NCBI GenBank assembly: GCA_963769935.1 | Contig: CAVYNY010000022.1 | Location: 416,001-480,000 of the forward strand | Reading direction: 5' to 3' | DNA length: 64,000 nt | From: an uncultured delta proteobacterium | GTDB taxonomy: Bacteria > Desulfobacterota > Desulfobacteria > Desulfobacterales > JAFDCJ01 | In this document: positions 60,873 through 64,000 of the stretch, piece by piece | How the letters are laid out: each line of letters opens with the position of its first letter | Numbering within the stretch: position 1 is the first letter of the stretch | Position numbers and translations under genes: made by a program | Notes under the pieces: model-generated | Told to the model about the DNA's origin: nothing | The model's input: the letters and a program-made list of their open reading frames with translations, nothing else | The model's database searches: none

Positions 60873-61478
60873 CTAATCCATAGCCGCCGCTACTTCATAG
60901 CCCTGCTTTTCAAGAGCCTTTTTGATAACCCCGGTCTTGCAGGCTGACAGCCTGAAATAATATATTCGCTTGCCGCTTTGCTGCGAGGTCATTCCGACGT
61001 TGATAATGTCCCCGCCCTTATCGTTAATAATTTGCAGCGCTTTTTTTAAACTGCCGGGTTTATCGTCGATGACCACATCAATGCGGGAGGTAGACGAAAG
61101 TATCCCCATCATATCAATAAAGGTTCGCAGGATATCCGTGGCCGTGATGATACCCACGAGCTGCTTGCCCTTCAGCACCGGCATGCCGCCGATTTTATTT
61201 TTGTAAATGAGCTGAGCGGCGATTTCAATATCGTCATCCGGGCCAACCGTAATCGGATCTTTTATCATTAAGTCCTGCAGTGTCAAATCCCCCAGCATTG
61301 AAGGGATAAGGCCCTGTTTCAAATCGGCCAGCGTCAGGAAGCCTTGCAGCATATTGCTCTCTGCAACCACCGGCAGATGCCGAATCGAATTGATTTTCAT
61401 CAGCTCGATGGCCTCGCTGATCGTTGCATTGGCGGTGATGCTGATGGGGTCGGGAATCATCAACGAATGGATTTTCAT
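60873..61478 (-). CDS. CBS-pair + ACT domain protein (AcuB-like)
   Basis: IRHLPVV, IGGMPV..LVGIITATD, and ACT motif DKPGSL....I...GGDIINV. Confidence 0.88.
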   Translation of the reverse strand: MKIHSLMIPDPISITANATISEAIELMKINSIRHLPVVAESNMLQGFLTLADLKQGLIPSMLGDLTLQDLMIKDPITVGPDDDIEIAAQLIYKNKIGGMPVLKGKQLVGIITATDILRTFIDMMGILSSTSRIDVVIDDKPGSLKKALQIINDKGGDIINVGMTSQQSGKRIYYFRLSACKTGVIKKALEKQGYEVAAAMD

Positions 61479-61494
61479 GGCAGCAACCCTTGTT

Positions 61495-61572
61495 GAATTG
61501 ACGATTGAAAATTGAAGATTGAATATTTAAGGAATTCTTTATTTCATCATTCGTCGATCGTCAATCGTCATT
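61495..61572. repeat. Family F inverted-arm element overlapping the ahbD stop codon
   Basis: gaattgacgattgaaaattgaagattgaatatttaaggaattc...tcattcgtcgatcgtcaatcgtcatt. Confidence 0.72.
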
Positions 61573-62676
61573 TCTTTGTTTGCGGGGTAAGTAGCTGCAA
61601 AGGGGTTCTTCCGCAAGGTAATCGCCGGTGGCCTCGTACGCTCTGGCCCGGCAGCCACCGCACACCCGCTTGAATTCACAGGGGTTGCATTTGCCCTTCA
61701 GCTTATCATAGTTGCGCAAGTTGGTTAGCACTTCGGCGTGATTCCAGATTTCGGCAAACGATTGTTGACGGACATTGCCGCAGTTTGCGGTCAGAAATCC
61801 GCAGGGCTGGACATCGCCGCGATGGGAAACAAAGCAAAAACCAATTCCGCCCAGGCATCCGCGGGTGACGGCATCCAGTCCATGGGTATTAAACGACACC
61901 GATTTGCCTTCTTTGCCGGCCCTCTGCCTGAGAATGCGGTAGTAATGCGGCGCACAGGTGGCTTTTAGTTCCAGGGGGGTTTTGTCCCGCTGGTCATAAA
62001 ACCAGTTTAAGGTTTCTTCATACTCGGCGGCGCTTATTTCTTTATCGACGATGTATTTACCGCGGCCGGTGGGAACCAGCAGAAAAATATGATGGGCTAC
62101 CGCCCCGAGCCTGACGGCCAGCCGCTGGATTTTAGGAATTTGTTCCAGGTTGGTTTTGGTAATCGTGGTATTTACCTGGAAATCCAGTCCGACCTTTTTG
62201 GCGATTTTCATGGCCGTCACGGCACCTTCAAAGGCACCTTCAACCTTTCTGAAACTGTCATGACTTTGCGGTGTGGCACCATCCAGGCTGATGCTGATCC
62301 GCTTGATGCCCGAATCGATCAACTTTTTAGCAACTGGTTCCGTGATCAGCGTACCGTTGGGCGCCATCACCATCCGCAAGCCTATTTCGGTTCCATAGGC
62401 GGCAATATCGAAGATATCATCCCGCAGCAATGGTTCACCGCCGGTCAATATAACGATGGGCTTGCCAACCTCTGAGATTTGATCCAGCAGCTGCAAAGCT
62501 TCGGTGGTGTCAAGTTCTCCGCTGTGCGGGCCTGTGGTGGCCGAGGCGCGGCAATGAATGCAGGCCAGATTGCAGTTGCGAGTGGTTTCCCAGGCCACCA
62601 GACGCAGCGCCGAAGGCTCGTCTTTTTGGTGGGATTGGGTGGGGGGATTTTCTGATTTTGGTTGTTGTTTTGTCAT
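61561..62676 (-). CDS. ahbD: Radical SAM heme b synthase (alternative heme biosynthesis)
   Basis: LRLVAWETTRNCNLACIHCRASA, LKATCAPHYYR, RGCLGG.GFCF, SPASM cysteines CGGCRARA; adjacent to hemB. Confidence 0.85.
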   Translation of the reverse strand: MTKQQPKSENPPTQSHQKDEPSALRLVAWETTRNCNLACIHCRASATTGPHSGELDTTEALQLLDQISEVGKPIVILTGGEPLLRDDIFDIAAYGTEIGLRMVMAPNGTLITEPVAKKLIDSGIKRISISLDGATPQSHDSFRKVEGAFEGAVTAMKIAKKVGLDFQVNTTITKTNLEQIPKIQRLAVRLGAVAHHIFLLVPTGRGKYIVDKEISAAEYEETLNWFYDQRDKTPLELKATCAPHYYRILRQRAGKEGKSVSFNTHGLDAVTRGCLGGIGFCFVSHRGDVQPCGFLTANCGNVRQQSFAEIWNHAEVLTNLRNYDKLKGKCNPCEFKRVCGGCRARAYEATGDYLAEEPLCSYLPRKQRNDD

Positions 62677-62721
62677 GCTTAACCTAGAATATATTTAAAC
62701 CTGAATCGACCATTTTTTTAC

Positions 62722-63696
62722 TCATGCCTGCAGCGCCCTGGCGGCTTCGATCGCAAAATAGGTCAGGATGAGATCCGCCCCGGCGCGTTTGATGGCCGTA
62801 AGGGTCTCCATCATAACTTTGCTGCCGTCTATCCAGCCCATCTTCTCGGCCGCTTTGATCATGGAAAATTCCCCGCTGACATTGTAGGCGGCCACCGGAA
62901 GGTCGATTTCCTCCCTTACCCGATAGATAATGTCCAGATAGGCCAGGGCGGGTTTGACCATGATAATATCCGCGCCTTCCTCGACGTCCATGGTGACTTC
63001 CCGAATTGCCTCCAGGGCATTGGCCGGGTCCATCTGATAGGTTCGGCGATCGCCGAATTTGGGTGCCGAATCGGCGGCACTGCGAAATGGTCCGTAATAT
63101 GCAGAGCAATACTTGGCGGCGTAAGCCATGATCGCCACCCGACTGAAGTTGCTTTCATCCAGGGTCTCACGGATTTCGGCAATGCGGCCGTCCATCATAT
63201 CCGAAGGTGCGACCATATCGGCCCCCGCTTTGGCATGGGACAGAGCCGTGCGGGCAAGCAGATCCAGGGTGGCATCATTATCGATGCAATCACCTTCCAC
63301 CACACCGCAATGACCGTGATCGGTATACTGACAGAGGCAAACGTCGGTGATCACGACCAGGCCGGGTAATTTATCTTTGGCCGCCTTGACGGCTTTTTGG
63401 ACGATGCCGTTATCGGCGTAAGCCATGGTGCCCAGCGCATCTTTTTTGTCCGGAATGCCGAAGAGGATTATCGCCGGAATCCCGGCATCGTAAGCCTCCT
63501 GCGCTGTTTTAAGAAAATTGTCTATGGACAGTTGAAAATGCCCCGGCATGGATGGTATCGGGTTTTTAACATCGCTGCCGTCTATGACAAAAACCGGCAG
63601 AATCAAATCGTCAACCGTCAGGTTGGTTTCACGAATCATGCGCCGCAGGCCTTCACTTTGCCGCAATCGTCTCGGTCTGTAATCGGGAAAGAGCAT
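62722..63696 (-). CDS. hemB: Porphobilinogen synthase
   Basis: [44 protein letters not shown]. Confidence 0.98.
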   Translation of the reverse strand: MLFPDYRPRRLRQSEGLRRMIRETNLTVDDLILPVFVIDGSDVKNPIPSMPGHFQLSIDNFLKTAQEAYDAGIPAIILFGIPDKKDALGTMAYADNGIVQKAVKAAKDKLPGLVVITDVCLCQYTDHGHCGVVEGDCIDNDATLDLLARTALSHAKAGADMVAPSDMMDGRIAEIRETLDESNFSRVAIMAYAAKYCSAYYGPFRSAADSAPKFGDRRTYQMDPANALEAIREVTMDVEEGADIIMVKPALAYLDIIYRVREEIDLPVAAYNVSGEFSMIKAAEKMGWIDGSKVMMETLTAIKRAGADLILTYFAIEAARALQA

Positions 63697-63771
63697 AAGA
63701 GAATCCTTTTATGTTGGACAAGTTTGTCGGGCAATAACTTGTTTTTCCGCAGGTTAGCTGGGACAAGCCCG

Positions 63772-63929
63772 AAATTCCAAATCACAAATCTCAAATCACA
63801 AATAATATCCAATGATCAAAAACCAAAACTCAAACAAAAGGATGGGACCTTGAATAACAGCAAGTTTCGGTCATTGTGATTTTGAATTTGGAATTTATTT
63901 GATATTTGGTGCTTGCAATTTGGTCATTT
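63772..63929. repeat. Inverted-arm 7-bp repeat element, same family as 23590-23806
   Basis: aaattccaaatcacaaatctcaaatcacaaataatatccaatgatc ... ggtcattgtgattttgaatttggaatttatttgatatttggtgcttgcaatttgg. Confidence 0.8.
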
Positions 63930-63970
63930 ATGTTAAGTTGCTAACTTTATAGGGTTTATTCAAACATCGA

Positions 63971-64000
63971 AAACCTGGTCCTCTCTCTGAGCTGTAGGCT
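63971..64000. repeat. Family A fragment with the start of unit B, cut by the window edge
   Basis: aaacctggtcct-ctctctgagctgtaggct. Confidence 0.55.

Noticed and set aside
60619..60876. 85-aa ORF MPKITKCLKCLK
   Set aside because: Translation of the 9-bp repeat element; not a plausible gene.
23590..63929. Repeat clusters as CRISPR arrays
   Set aside because: No constant 23-47 bp direct repeats with unique spacers, and no cas genes.

Overview
Chromosomal segment of a sulfate-reducing deltaproteobacterium, most likely Desulfobacterales; this is inferred from qrcABCD, ahbD-hemB and overall gene content. Housekeeping and energy genes: parAB, an orphan fusA, tRNA-Ala(GGC), ppiD, a UvrD/PcrA helicase, system II cytochrome c biogenesis, qrcABCD, murA, comEC, plsY, an ispH-UbiA fusion, hemB and ahbD. 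Accessory loci: a sodium:solute symporter next to an internally deleted acetyl-CoA synthetase, an RND pump with a single-base frameshift, a ~9 kb signalling cluster (TSUP/DUF1634 transporter, five receiver-only proteins, one kinase, a pseudo-kinase, a degenerate sigma54 activator), a dhaKLM operon with full-length EI, and a 10-repeat beta-propeller lipoprotein. The most striking non-coding signal is a dense set of small intergenic elements. Many have inverted arms made of 7-, 8- or 9-bp tandem repeats, and three different arm units abut the same GGAATTC-containing core. GTAG-type REP doublets and a ~32-bp palindromic unit nested inside another repeat are also present. No transposase, integrase or CRISPR array was seen. 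A 53-aa membrane ORF missed by the ORF track follows qrcD. All protein calls come from motif recognition by eye; no database searches were run.
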